A stretch of 64,000 nucleotides of DNA from positions 22,129 through 86,128 of the forward strand of contig JAGXRP010000006.1 of the NCBI GenBank assembly GCA_018335795.1, read 5' to 3'. The position numbers and the translations under genes are program-made. Shown here piece after piece: positions 53,470 to 63,413 of the stretch. Origin of the DNA: Desulfobulbaceae bacterium. Lineage in GTDB: Bacteria; Bacteroidota; Ignavibacteria; Kapaibacteriales; UBA2268. Numbering within the stretch: position 1 is the first letter of the stretch; each line of letters opens with the position of its first letter. The notes under the pieces were generated by a model. It worked only from the letters and a program-made list of their open reading frames with translations, did no database searches and was not told the DNA's origin.

Positions 53470-54627
53470 TTACTCTAACCAACTGTACGGATAGGCCGGG
53501 TCTTCGGTCTTTTGAACGTTTGTAGTTGGGAAAAGTGGTTCAAATGTGTCAAGCATGAGGGCGTATTCGTGAGTGAATTTTGCTCCTACACTTGCTTCGG
53601 TCTTGCCGGGTTGAGGTCCGTGAGGAATTCCCAGCGGATGCAGCGTGACAGAACCGGGTCCTACACCTTTTCGGCTCATGAAATCACCCTCTACATAGTA
53701 GAGCACTTCAGCACTGTCAACGTTGGAATGATAATAGGGCGCAGGAATTGCATCTTCGTGCCAATCAAAGGGTCGCGGATTGAAATTGCACAAAACGAAA
53801 TGCTTTGTATGATATAATAAATGTATGGGTGGTGGCAAATGGATTCGACCAACTTTGGGGTTGTAATCCTTGATATTGAACGCAAATGGATATAAGTAGC
53901 CATCCCAACCACCAATGTCGAATGGGTGATGTGGCTGCATATATTCAAAAATACGGTTTCCGGCTTTCATCAAAATTCTAAAATCACCCAAATCGCCTTT
54001 TGGTTCCATGAATTGAGGCATTTTGAAATTGCGCTCTTCGTATGGAGCGTGCTCTTCGAGTTGCCCGTATTCATTTCTGTAGTGACGCGGAATTTCGTAA
54101 GGTGTATCGGATTCGATTACCACAATTTTATTATCATCGAAGCTATCGAAGTGCATTTGATAAATTGTTGCTTGAGGAATGATTATTTGGTCGCCCGCGA
54201 CGAAGGGCAAAGAACCATAATCGGACAATAATACACCGCTGCCCCTATGGATGAAAACATACTCGTGAGCATAAACATTTTTGAAGAAATAATCAGGGTT
54301 CTTTGTCGGCTTTGCAGCATACATTTTACAATGATTGTTCTCGAGATATGATACTCTCGAGTTGAAAAAATCACCTTCTTTTTTCAAAGTATCAGTCAAA
54401 AAATGGAAATGCCTAAGCTCTGCCTCATGCCAAACTTCATCGGCTAACTTGGGCAATTCGGTTATTTTCGTTGCTTTTGTCGGCATATTAAGATGATATT
54501 TATTTGTATAAATGCCCGAAAAGCCCTTAGAACTGACTAATTCCTCACGGTACAAAGTCCCATCGGGTTTGTAGAAAGTAGTGTGCTTTTTCTTGGGTAT
54601 AGAGCCTAATTTATGATAGAATGCCAT
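53470..54627 (-). CDS. hmgA: Homogentisate 1,2-dioxygenase
   Basis: G.IP.K.HT, GWDG.LYP, GRIHLPPPIH, PYYHSNVDS.EV.YY..GDFMSR, HP.GIPHGP.PG. Confidence 0.93.
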   Translation of the reverse strand: MAFYHKLGSIPKKKHTTFYKPDGTLYREELVSSKGFSGIYTNKYHLNMPTKATKITELPKLADEVWHEAELRHFHFLTDTLKKEGDFFNSRVSYLENNHCKMYAAKPTKNPDYFFKNVYAHEYVFIHRGSGVLLSDYGSLPFVAGDQIIIPQATIYQMHFDSFDDNKIVVIESDTPYEIPRHYRNEYGQLEEHAPYEERNFKMPQFMEPKGDLGDFRILMKAGNRIFEYMQPHHPFDIGGWDGYLYPFAFNIKDYNPKVGRIHLPPPIHLLYHTKHFVLCNFNPRPFDWHEDAIPAPYYHSNVDSAEVLYYVEGDFMSRKGVGPGSVTLHPLGIPHGPQPGKTEASVGAKFTHEYALMLDTFEPLFPTTNVQKTEDPAYPYSWLE

Positions 54628-54642
54628 AATGAACCTCGATTT

Positions 54643-55104
54643 TTAGTTGTCGTTATAATTGATGAAAGATTTAATTGAATCGTATTTATTAGTAGTCGGA
54701 TTCAAAACGTAATAGTAGTGTTCGATTCCATTTGTAATGCACAAGTATTTGCTTCCCAATTGCGAATTATAAGTAGCGAGTTGATTAACCGTTAATTGGC
54801 TAAGTTTAATAGAATAAGCCTTGCACTCAACAATTATGTGTGGTTTCGCTGATTTATCATATATTATTATGTCGCATCTTTTGTTCAATTCGCCATACTT
54901 CAAGTTATGTTCAATTTTAGTCCGAGATTTAGGATAGCACAAAGTTTCGTTCAAATATCGAACAAAATTTTGCCTAACCCATTCCTCAGGTGTCAACACA
55001 ATGAACTTGTTGCGAATCGTATCATAAATCTTCAAAATACCATCTGAATCATCAAATTTGAATTGAAAATTCGGAAGATTCAATCTTTCTAATTCAACAT
55101 ACAT
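54643..55104 (-). CDS. Stand-alone HsdR_N (type I restriction R N-terminal-like, PD-(D/E)xK) protein
   Basis: LTPEEWVRQ, RCDIII, IVECKA, Q..TYN, ITNG. Confidence 0.88.
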   Translation of the reverse strand: MYVELERLNLPNFQFKFDDSDGILKIYDTIRNKFIVLTPEEWVRQNFVRYLNETLCYPKSRTKIEHNLKYGELNKRCDIIIYDKSAKPHIIVECKAYSIKLSQLTVNQLATYNSQLGSKYLCITNGIEHYYYVLNPTTNKYDSIKSFINYNDN

Positions 55105-55122
55105 ATATAATATAATGACTCA

Positions 55123-56292
55123 CTATAAATTGCCTCTTCTGGCTTGTTCTCTTTCGATAGCTTCAAACAATGCGAGGAAATTACCTTGCCCGAATCCTGA
55201 AGCTCCTTTTCTACGTTGAATAATCTCGTAGAAAAACGTTGGGCGGTCAAATATCGGCTTGGTGAAAAGCTGGAGCAAATAGCCGCCACTCGAGATTTCG
55301 ATATCGCACAATATACCGAGACGTGCGAGTTCGTCAATATCCTCAGTCACCAAACCACCTCTTTCTTCACTGCGGCGTTTGATGTCATCGTAATAAGTTT
55401 TAGGTGGCGCATCTAAGAATTCAATTCCATTAGCACGCAAATTCGCAACTGTTTCGATTATATTCGTTGTAGCAAGTGCCACATGCTGAATGCCCGAACC
55501 GTGATATTGCTGAGTATATTCTTCAATTTGTGATTGGCGCTCTGCATCGAATGGCTCGTTTATCGGATTTTGGATAACAGAATCCTTAGAACGGACAACT
55601 TTGGACAATAATGCGGAATATTTTGTCGAAATATCGCCGGGACCAAAAAATATGAATGTCTCAAAATCTAAAGAGCGATTGATGTAGTTCTCCCAGTAAT
55701 CCATTTCGTTTACATGAACATTGCCGACGATATGGTCTATGATTTTAAGATTGGATTCTTCGCGTCTGATTTCGAAGTTATAGAATGGTTCTTCAAATCC
55801 GGGCTTAAACAGACCTTTGTAATGGTCATAGTTGATGAAATTGATTTCGGTATCATCATATAACCTAATTGCAGCTTGCTCTACAAAGCCGTCTTTGTCC
55901 TCAAGGCGATATGGTTTCGTGACAGGAACAGCACCATTTTTGATTGCTTTGCTATAGGTTTCGTTAACATTTACAACTTCAACACACCAACGTTTGACGC
56001 CGTCACCATGCTTGTGGATGAATGATTGGACATCATAAGTTGAAGGCTGAATAGCCGAAGTTATCATAATCTTCATATTATGCTTATTCGACAACAAGTA
56101 CGATACACGGTCGCGAGTTCCGGTTTCAGGACCTTGATAAGCTACAATGTTGAGACCTAATGCTTTAGCGTGCCAAAAAGCAACTTGCTTTGCCGAACCG
56201 ACGTAAAATTCTATATAGTCGTATCCTCTGATTCCCATTGAATTCTGGGGAATTTTGCTTGGTACTCCGCCATAACAAATATCCATTTCCAT
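55123..56292 (-). CDS. hppD: 4-hydroxyphenylpyruvate dioxygenase
   Basis: HGDGV, IDHIVGNV, PINEP, SQIEEY, GIQHVAL, GYLLQLFTKP, EIIQR, GFGQGNF.ALFEAIEREQ. Confidence 0.96.
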   Translation of the reverse strand: MEMDICYGGVPSKIPQNSMGIRGYDYIEFYVGSAKQVAFWHAKALGLNIVAYQGPETGTRDRVSYLLSNKHNMKIMITSAIQPSTYDVQSFIHKHGDGVKRWCVEVVNVNETYSKAIKNGAVPVTKPYRLEDKDGFVEQAAIRLYDDTEINFINYDHYKGLFKPGFEEPFYNFEIRREESNLKIIDHIVGNVHVNEMDYWENYINRSLDFETFIFFGPGDISTKYSALLSKVVRSKDSVIQNPINEPFDAERQSQIEEYTQQYHGSGIQHVALATTNIIETVANLRANGIEFLDAPPKTYYDDIKRRSEERGGLVTEDIDELARLGILCDIEISSGGYLLQLFTKPIFDRPTFFYEIIQRRKGASGFGQGNFLALFEAIEREQARRGNL

Positions 56293-56327
56293 AATTTTTC
56301 TCCTAACATTGCTAAAATTTATTTACG

Positions 56328-56335
56328 CAAATCTA
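56328..56335 (-). promoter_or_regulatory. Bacteroidota-type -7 promoter box for hppD
   Basis: Minus-strand TAGATTTG (TAnnTTTG) about 36 bp upstream of the ATG; AGGAG RBS. Confidence 0.5.
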
Positions 56336-56378
56336 ATAATTATTTTCGACGTAACTGAATCAAAAAAACTTTATAGAC

Positions 56379-56409
56379 AAAAAAAAAGGCAACCCTAAGC
56401 AGGGTCACC
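56379..56409 (-). terminator. Intrinsic terminator of the small peptide gene
   Basis: Minus strand GGTGACCCT-GCTT-AGGGTTGCC followed by T9. Confidence 0.85.
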
Positions 56410-56443
56410 GTACATGGCTGTGACTTAAAAAATAAGTCAGTTA

Positions 56444-56659
56444 TTAGTTACGTATTGGTTCTAAATCGTTATCGGGTTCTACGACATCAATTTGACCTTC
56501 ATATAGCTCAAGAATTTGATTTTCAAGAACGGGGTCTTGTTGAACAGATTGAATGATTGGTTGATTAATCTGAATTATTTGTTCTACCTCGGTTGTAGTA
56601 TAAGTTACACCGGATACCAGAATATGAAAATACCACAGAATCGCAATGAAAATTTCCAT
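56444..56659 (-). CDS. Small (71 aa) protein with hydrophobic N-terminus and acidic, Gln-rich C-terminus
   Basis: GGAG RBS 7 nt before the ATG, tandem TAA stops and its own terminator. Confidence 0.75.
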   Translation of the reverse strand: MEIFIAILWYFHILVSGVTYTTTEVEQIIQINQPIIQSVQQDPVLENQILELYEGQIDVVEPDNDLEPIRN

Positions 56660-56989
56660 TTTATTACTCCATAAATAAATTATTTAAAAAAAATACTATA
56701 TAAAAAAGTGTTGAAGGTTGCCACAGCCATTGTCCTTGTGACACACCCAAACAACTTTGGTTTTCAAATAAGTGCATCCTGCATTTCAGTTCATCCTTTT
56801 AAATTTCACATGACTAATGACAAAGTAAATGCCATTACGAGTTACTATCCTCTATTTGACTTCAAGAAAGTTAGTTTACAATTATATTATTTTAATTACA
56901 TCAGCCATAAATGCGGCTTTGAGACAATTCATTTAATCATTTGTAGATAGATTTGAAAAAATATGTATTGGAAATCAAAAAATCTTCAT

Positions 56990-56997
56990 TAAATTTG
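56990..56997 (+). promoter_or_regulatory. Bacteroidota-type -7 promoter box for the histidine kinase
   Basis: TAAATTTG matches TAnnTTTG, about 50 bp upstream of ATG 57050. Confidence 0.45.
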
Positions 56998-57049
56998 CTG
57001 AAGAAATTTAGACATTTTGCAATAAATAGGTGAATATTAGCATTCAGAT

Positions 57050-59275
57050 ATGAAACAACTTCTAACACTATTCAACCCAATTATACTAATTCTAACTCTA
57101 TTGTTATGTACTGTTTCTGTTTTTAGTTATGAGAATCCACCAAGCGACACGGATAATGTAGAAAATTTTCTATTTGCTTTACCAGATGACCAGAAAGCTA
57201 CAAAATTGAATCAATTAGCAGCTGAAGTCGTATCCAAAGACCCTCAAAAAGCTATCAATTACTCAAATAGAGCGCTAAAAATAGCTTTACAGAAGAATTA
57301 TTTGACTGAAATAGCCAATGCTTACAGCAATATCGGTTTGGCTTATGATTACATTGGTGATTACGAAATAGCATTAGAAAATCATGTTGAAGCCCATAGA
57401 ATTAGGGAAATACAAAAAGATAAAGTCGGTATGGCTCAATCATTGAATAATATCGGAGTCATCTATTTCAATATCAAAGCATATCATGAGGCAAAAGAGT
57501 TTTACGAAAGAGCGCTAAATCTTAGAATTGCAATTGGAGATACAAATCAAATTTACAAATCTCTAAATAATATGGGTTTGGTGACCTTCAATGTTGGTGA
57601 GTTCAGCAAATCGCTTGAATACTACTTTGAGATGTTGAAAATTGTTGAGAGTAAAACAGATAGTAGCGAGTATGCTAATATTAATAATAAAATCGCAATG
57701 GTATATTATGCACTCAAAATGTATGATGAAGCATTGAATTTTTACCAAAAAGCGATAGAATTGAGTAGTTCGCTTAACAACAAAGCTGAATTAGCGCGTT
57801 CTTTGACAAATATTGGCAATATATATTTTGAGACAAATCGATTTAAAGAAGCTCTGACTTCTTATGAAAAGGCACTTATCATACGCGATGAAAGTAAAGA
57901 TAAAAAAGGTATTGGTATTCTGCAGAACAACATCGGGATGATTCATAAACAAATGGGAAATTACCCCAAAGCACTTGATTACTGTACACGTTCAATAGCT
58001 ACGAGATTGGAAATTGCAGATAGCTCCGGTGTTTTTCATCCTCTTACCACCAAAGCTCAAATATTTATCTTATTGAAAAATTATGATGATGCTTTAAATA
58101 ATCTCAGTTTGGCAAATGAAATTGCAAACAATTTAGGCGATAAAAAGCAATTGTTGATTGTATATGAAATATACCATGATTTGTACAGAGAAATAGGCAA
58201 CTACCGAACTGCATTGGATTATTACAAGTTGTATTCGAGTACAAAAGACAGTCTGATAAACGAAGAGAGTAATAAGAGGATAGCCGAATTGAAGATTTCG
58301 TATGATGTTGACAAAAAGGAAAAAGAAAATATCATGTTGCGTCAACAGAATGAAAGCCAGCGTCGTATCAACGAAATTCAGAAGACATCTTTCATATTGA
58401 TTACCTTTCTGATTTTCGTTCTTCTTATAATGTTCTATTTCCGATACAAAACAAATCAACGTACAAACAATCTTTTACGAACAAAGAATCAAACGATTTC
58501 CGAACAAACTGAAAAGTTGCAAGAAATCCTCAAAGATTTACGAGAGAATGAAAAACAACTAATTGAATCTAATGCAACCAAGGATAAATTCTTTACTATT
58601 ATCGCTCATGATTTGAAAAATCCTCTTCACGCAATTGTACTATCATCGGACACAATCAAAACTAAGTTTAAGATGATGACTGAACAACAGCATGTCGATT
58701 TGATAAGCCAAATCAACAAAGCCGGGTTGCATTTGTCGAATTTGTTAGAGAATTTACTTTTCTGGTCGAAAGCACAAAGTGGCGCAATGAAGCCCGAACG
58801 CCAAATGATTGATTTGTCATATTTAGTTGCGGAAAATGTTAAGTTGCTTTCGGAATCAGCAAAAAACAAAGGAATTTCCATCCAATTCGGCAACGGTGGC
58901 TCTGCTTATGCTTATGCTGACCCGAATATGATAAACACAGTAATTCGCAACTTAATGTCTAACGCAATAAAATTCACATCGAAGGGTGGAGAAGTTACTT
59001 TGAGCACTCGAATCAATGCCGAATATTGCGAACTAAAAGTCAAAGATACCGGAGTAGGTATAAGCGAAGAAGATCTGAAAAAACTATTCAGAATTGATGT
59101 CCATTATTCTACTTTCGGCACTTCAAGAGAGAAAGGCACCGGACTTGGGCTAATATTGTGCAGAGAATTCATGGAAATGAATCATGGTTCGATTGAAGCC
59201 CAAAGTTCAATTGGCAAGGGCACCGAATTAACTATCAAAATCCCTCTCAAACCCTCAAAACCACAATCTGATTAG
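57050..59275 (+). CDS. TPR-repeat periplasmic-sensor histidine kinase
   Basis: Signal peptide; many TPRs (SLNNIG..Y...A..FY..AL); one TM; H-box IIAHDLKNPL; N box (RNLMSNAIKF), G1 (DTGVG), G2 (GTGLGL). Confidence 0.93.
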   Translation: MKQLLTLFNPIILILTLLLCTVSVFSYENPPSDTDNVENFLFALPDDQKATKLNQLAAEVVSKDPQKAINYSNRALKIALQKNYLTEIANAYSNIGLAYDYIGDYEIALENHVEAHRIREIQKDKVGMAQSLNNIGVIYFNIKAYHEAKEFYERALNLRIAIGDTNQIYKSLNNMGLVTFNVGEFSKSLEYYFEMLKIVESKTDSSEYANINNKIAMVYYALKMYDEALNFYQKAIELSSSLNNKAELARSLTNIGNIYFETNRFKEALTSYEKALIIRDESKDKKGIGILQNNIGMIHKQMGNYPKALDYCTRSIATRLEIADSSGVFHPLTTKAQIFILLKNYDDALNNLSLANEIANNLGDKKQLLIVYEIYHDLYREIGNYRTALDYYKLYSSTKDSLINEESNKRIAELKISYDVDKKEKENIMLRQQNESQRRINEIQKTSFILITFLIFVLLIMFYFRYKTNQRTNNLLRTKNQTISEQTEKLQEILKDLRENEKQLIESNATKDKFFTIIAHDLKNPLHAIVLSSDTIKTKFKMMTEQQHVDLISQINKAGLHLSNLLENLLFWSKAQSGAMKPERQMIDLSYLVAENVKLLSESAKNKGISIQFGNGGSAYAYADPNMINTVIRNLMSNAIKFTSKGGEVTLSTRINAEYCELKVKDTGVGISEEDLKKLFRIDVHYSTFGTSREKGTGLGLILCREFMEMNHGSIEAQSSIGKGTELTIKIPLKPSKPQSD

Positions 59276-59345
59276 ACTGCAAATTATTCCTTTTCAATAC
59301 TCAGTATCGTTTCACGTCATTCAAAACGTTAAACTATTGTGAGAA

Positions 59346-61307
59346 ATGATGAAAAAGCAAGCTTTGTGGACACCTGCTCTTGATAATATAAATGAATCCA
59401 ATATGACCCAATTCATAAATTTCGTTAATTTGAAATATGGATTAAAACTCTGCAATTATGATGAACTTTACGATTGGTCAATAAAATACATTGCCAATTT
59501 TTGGGAAGATATTTGGCAATTTATGGATGTAATTTACGAGCAACCCTACAAAAGTGTGATTTCAAAAGTCAATTCTTCACTTCCTGATTCGGATATTCGA
59601 AACTACAGATGGTTTAAAGGTGCAACATTAAACTTTGCCGAAAATTTACTCAAATTCCGAGATAGTGAATTGGCAATTGCGTATTATTCTGAGAACGCCA
59701 AACCAATTTATATGACTTATGGTGAATTGTATGAGAAGACTGCGAAATGTGCATTAGGGCTAAAATCATTGGGCGTAGCCAAGGGGGACAGGGTCGCCGG
59801 TTATATCAACAACAATCCACAAGCAATTATTGCAATGCTTGCAACAATTTCTATTGGCGCAATTTGGACCTCCACTTCGCCTGATTTTGGAGTGAACGGG
59901 GTAGTTGACAGGTTTTCACAAGTTGAACCCAAAGTCTTGATTGCAGTTGATGGATATAAATATAACGGAAAAACAATTTCATTAAATGAAAAACTGCAAG
60001 AAATACTTACAAAACTTGAAAAAACGAAAAAAATTGTTATCATAAATCAAATTAATGCCGAAATCAATAGCATTGACTATACCTCATGGGACAAGCTACT
60101 CGAAAATAAAGCAAGCGAAATTGAATTTGAGATGTCCGATTTTGACCATCCAATATATTTAATGTATTCATCCGGTACAACGGGCGTACCGAAATGTATC
60201 GTACATGGAGCCGGCGGCACTTTGCTGCAGCATATGAAGGAATTAGTGCTCCATACAAATTTGACTGATATGGATAAGATTTTCTATTTCACGACTTGCG
60301 GTTGGATGATGTGGAATTGGCTTGTAAGTTCATTGAGTGTAGGTGCTACAGTTGTACTTTATGACGGCAGTCCCTCCTATACTGATTTGGGTGTTCTATG
60401 GAAAATGGCGCAAGACGAAGGCATTACAGTTTTTGGGACAAGCCCTAAATTTTTAAGTGCATGCCAAAAAGCAGGAATCAACCCTGAAAGTAGTTTTGAA
60501 TTATCAGAGTTGAAAACAATTTTATCAACTGGTTCGCCACTTTCTAAAGATAATTTTGAGTGGGTTTACGAAAATGTCAAATCTGACGTGCGTTTGTCGT
60601 CAATTTCGGGTGGGACAGACATTATTTCATGCTTCATGTTAGGTAATCCAAATTTGCCTGTTTATTCGGAAGAAATTCAATGTCGTGGATTAGGTATGAA
60701 AGTAGAATCGTGGGACGAGAACGGCAAAGCTGTTTTGGATAGCAAAGGTGAGCTTGTTTGTACGGCTCCATTTCCGTCCATGCCGATTTATTTTTGGAAT
60801 GATATTGATGATGAGAAATACGAAGCTGCCTACTTTGAAAAGTTCCCGGGAGTTTGGCATCACGGCGATTTTATCACAATTACTGAGAACGGCGGAATCA
60901 TTGTTCATGGCAGGTCAGACGCTACTTTAAATCCCGGAGGAGTTCGCATAGGAACAGCAGAAATTTATAGAATTGTAGAAGCAATGGATGAAATTTCTGA
61001 TTCAATTGTAATCGGGCTACCGATTGAGAATGATGTTGAAATTGTACTTTTTGTTGTGCTGAAAAACGATGCTGAATTGACAGATGAATTGGGTAAAAAG
61101 ATTAAAAACGAAATCAAAAGCAATTTAACTCCGCGTCATATGCCCAAAACTATTCATCAAATATCTGAAGTACCCGTCACTTTGAACGGGAAAAAAGTAG
61201 AACTTGCAGTTCTCAACATACTTACGGGTGTTGAAGTCAAAAATAAGACTTCAATAGCAAATCCGGATTCACTTTTGCAATTTGAAAAAATAAAGACTTT
61301 AGTCTGA
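59346..61307 (+). CDS. Acetoacetate--CoA ligase
   Basis: [52 protein letters not shown]. Confidence 0.93.
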   Translation: MMKKQALWTPALDNINESNMTQFINFVNLKYGLKLCNYDELYDWSIKYIANFWEDIWQFMDVIYEQPYKSVISKVNSSLPDSDIRNYRWFKGATLNFAENLLKFRDSELAIAYYSENAKPIYMTYGELYEKTAKCALGLKSLGVAKGDRVAGYINNNPQAIIAMLATISIGAIWTSTSPDFGVNGVVDRFSQVEPKVLIAVDGYKYNGKTISLNEKLQEILTKLEKTKKIVIINQINAEINSIDYTSWDKLLENKASEIEFEMSDFDHPIYLMYSSGTTGVPKCIVHGAGGTLLQHMKELVLHTNLTDMDKIFYFTTCGWMMWNWLVSSLSVGATVVLYDGSPSYTDLGVLWKMAQDEGITVFGTSPKFLSACQKAGINPESSFELSELKTILSTGSPLSKDNFEWVYENVKSDVRLSSISGGTDIISCFMLGNPNLPVYSEEIQCRGLGMKVESWDENGKAVLDSKGELVCTAPFPSMPIYFWNDIDDEKYEAAYFEKFPGVWHHGDFITITENGGIIVHGRSDATLNPGGVRIGTAEIYRIVEAMDEISDSIVIGLPIENDVEIVLFVVLKNDAELTDELGKKIKNEIKSNLTPRHMPKTIHQISEVPVTLNGKKVELAVLNILTGVEVKNKTSIANPDSLLQFEKIKTLV

Positions 61308-63341
61308 ATCAATTTGCCAATCGCTTTTCAGAGTATTTATTTCGTCTCTCAATTCGGCAGCACGCTCGAAATCTAAGTTTTTTGCAGATTCTTTCATTTG
61401 CGCAAACATTTGTTCCAAAACTACTTTCTTTTGTTCTTTCGACATGAATTTAACAATTGGTTCTGCAGCAATTTTAACTTCATCATTATTAGAAGATTTG
61501 AATGATCGTCCGATATTAGGATGATGAATATCGGCAATCGATGTTGAAGAAAGAATTTCCACTAATGATTTGTAAACAGTGGTTGGATTGATTCCATGTA
61601 AAGTATTATATTCGGATTGTAACTGTCTGCGACGATTTGTTTCCGAAATTAAATGATTGATTGATTTGGTCAATTTATCTGCGTATAAAATTACTAAACC
61701 ATCTACATTTCTGGCAGTACGCCCGGCGATTTGCAATAATGAAGTCTGACTACGCAAAAAGCCTTCTTTATCGGCGTCAAGTACTGCGACAAGTGAAACT
61801 TCAGGTAAATCAAGCCCTTCACGCAAAAGATTTACACCTACTAAAACATCAAAATGCCCTAATCGCAAATTGCGGATGATTTCGACGCGTTCGAGAGAAT
61901 CAACATCGGAATGAATATATGCTACTTGTATATTGAGATTTTTAAGATAATCGGTCAAATCTTCAGCCATGCGCTTGGTTAAAGTCGTCACCAAAACTCT
62001 TTCCTTCTTAACTACTCTGACTCTGATTTCTGCCAATAAATCATCAATTTGTGTTTTGATTGGACGAACAGAAATCTGCGGGTCGAGCAATCCTGTGGGC
62101 CTGATAACTTGCTCAACCACAACTCCCTCGCATTTTTCAAGTTCAAAATCTGCCGGAGTAGCGCTAACAAAGACAACCTGATTAATCAAAGATTCAAATT
62201 CGTCAAATCTTAGTGGTCTGTTTTCGATAGCTGATGGCAGACGGAAACCATGCTCGACCAAACTCATTTTGCGCGAGCGGTCACCATTATACATTCCCCG
62301 AACCTGCGGCACAGAAACGTGACTTTCATCAATTATCAACAAATAATCATCGGGGAAAAAATCGAAAATACAGTGCGGTCGTTCGCCAAAAGTTCTGCCG
62401 GTCAGATGCATTGAATAGTTTTCGATACCCGAGCAATAGCCGACTTCTTTCATCATTTCAAGGTCAAACAAGGTTCTTTGCTCTAAGCGCTGTGCTTCGT
62501 AATATTTATCTTGCAATCTAAGTTCTTTTAGTCTTTCAGCTAGCTCATCGCGAATAAACTGCATAGCTACCGTCAATCTGTCTTCGGGTGTTACGAATAG
62601 TTTCGCAGGATGAAGTGTAACTTCATTCTCAATCGTAAGTACTTTTCCTGAACTAACCTCTATTGTAGAAATTTTATCAATTTCATCGCCAAAAAATTCA
62701 ATCCTATATCCCAAATTAGACTCATAGGCCGGCACTATGTCAACAATATCGCCCCGAACACGGAAATTTCCGCGTTTGAAATCGAAATCATTTCGTTCGT
62801 AATGTAGCTCGTTTAATTTGTAAAGCAACTTTTGCCGTGGTAGAAACATTCCTTTTCGAATTTGGAAGAGAAATTTTTCAAAATCCTCCTTTTTGCCAAT
62901 ACTATAGATACAACTGACAGATGCAACGATAATTATATCTCGTCTGCCTTCCACCAGACTGCTTGTAGCTTTGAGCCTTAGTCTGTCAATTTCATCGTTT
63001 ATGGCAAAGTCTTTTTCGATGTATGTATCAGATTTTGCAATATAGGCTTCGGGTTGGTAATAATCGTAGTATGAAATGAAGAATTCGACAGCATTCTCGG
63101 GGAAAAAAGATTTGAATTCGGCAAATAATTGCGCTGCTAAAGTTTTATTTGGCGAAATTACCAAAGTAGGCTTCTGCACATGTTGTATCACGTTAGACAT
63201 GGTAAATGTCTTGCCCGAGCCAGTAACGCCAAGCAAAGTTTGGTATTTATCCCCTCTTTCGATTCCTTCAATAAGTTCGCGTATAGCTTTGGGCTGGTCT
63301 CCCGCAGGTTTATAAGTCGAATTCAACTTGAATGTATTCAT
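61299..63341 (-). CDS. uvrB: Excinuclease ABC subunit B
   Basis: [41 protein letters not shown]-terminal UVR domain. Confidence 0.98.
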   Translation of the reverse strand: MNTFKLNSTYKPAGDQPKAIRELIEGIERGDKYQTLLGVTGSGKTFTMSNVIQHVQKPTLVISPNKTLAAQLFAEFKSFFPENAVEFFISYYDYYQPEAYIAKSDTYIEKDFAINDEIDRLRLKATSSLVEGRRDIIIVASVSCIYSIGKKEDFEKFLFQIRKGMFLPRQKLLYKLNELHYERNDFDFKRGNFRVRGDIVDIVPAYESNLGYRIEFFGDEIDKISTIEVSSGKVLTIENEVTLHPAKLFVTPEDRLTVAMQFIRDELAERLKELRLQDKYYEAQRLEQRTLFDLEMMKEVGYCSGIENYSMHLTGRTFGERPHCIFDFFPDDYLLIIDESHVSVPQVRGMYNGDRSRKMSLVEHGFRLPSAIENRPLRFDEFESLINQVVFVSATPADFELEKCEGVVVEQVIRPTGLLDPQISVRPIKTQIDDLLAEIRVRVVKKERVLVTTLTKRMAEDLTDYLKNLNIQVAYIHSDVDSLERVEIIRNLRLGHFDVLVGVNLLREGLDLPEVSLVAVLDADKEGFLRSQTSLLQIAGRTARNVDGLVILYADKLTKSINHLISETNRRRQLQSEYNTLHGINPTTVYKSLVEILSSTSIADIHHPNIGRSFKSSNNDEVKIAAEPIVKFMSKEQKKVVLEQMFAQMKESAKNLDFERAAELRDEINTLKSDWQIDSD

Positions 63342-63413
63342 AATTTTTCCGATTGAAAGAAATTTTATTAAATTAGTACGTCAAAACTTATAAAAATAAG
63401 GAAGAATATTTAA

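Noticed and set aside
54643..55104. Type I restriction-modification or defence island
   Set aside because: Only a stand-alone HsdR_N domain; no helicase, hsdM or hsdS
56412..56733. Retron a1/a2 inverted repeats
   Set aside because: No reverse transcriptase in the window, and the enclosed region is a plausible protein-coding ORF
56708..56950. 80-aa plus-strand ORF (possible antitoxin or leader peptide)
   Set aside because: No RBS or recognisable features; lies across the divergent promoter region
448..63315. Numerous 60-177 aa ORFs antisense or out of frame within well-supported genes (e.g. 17266-17727, 32206-32724, 34971-35504)
   Set aside because: Shadow ORFs with no motifs or RBS, fully overlapping confident CDSs
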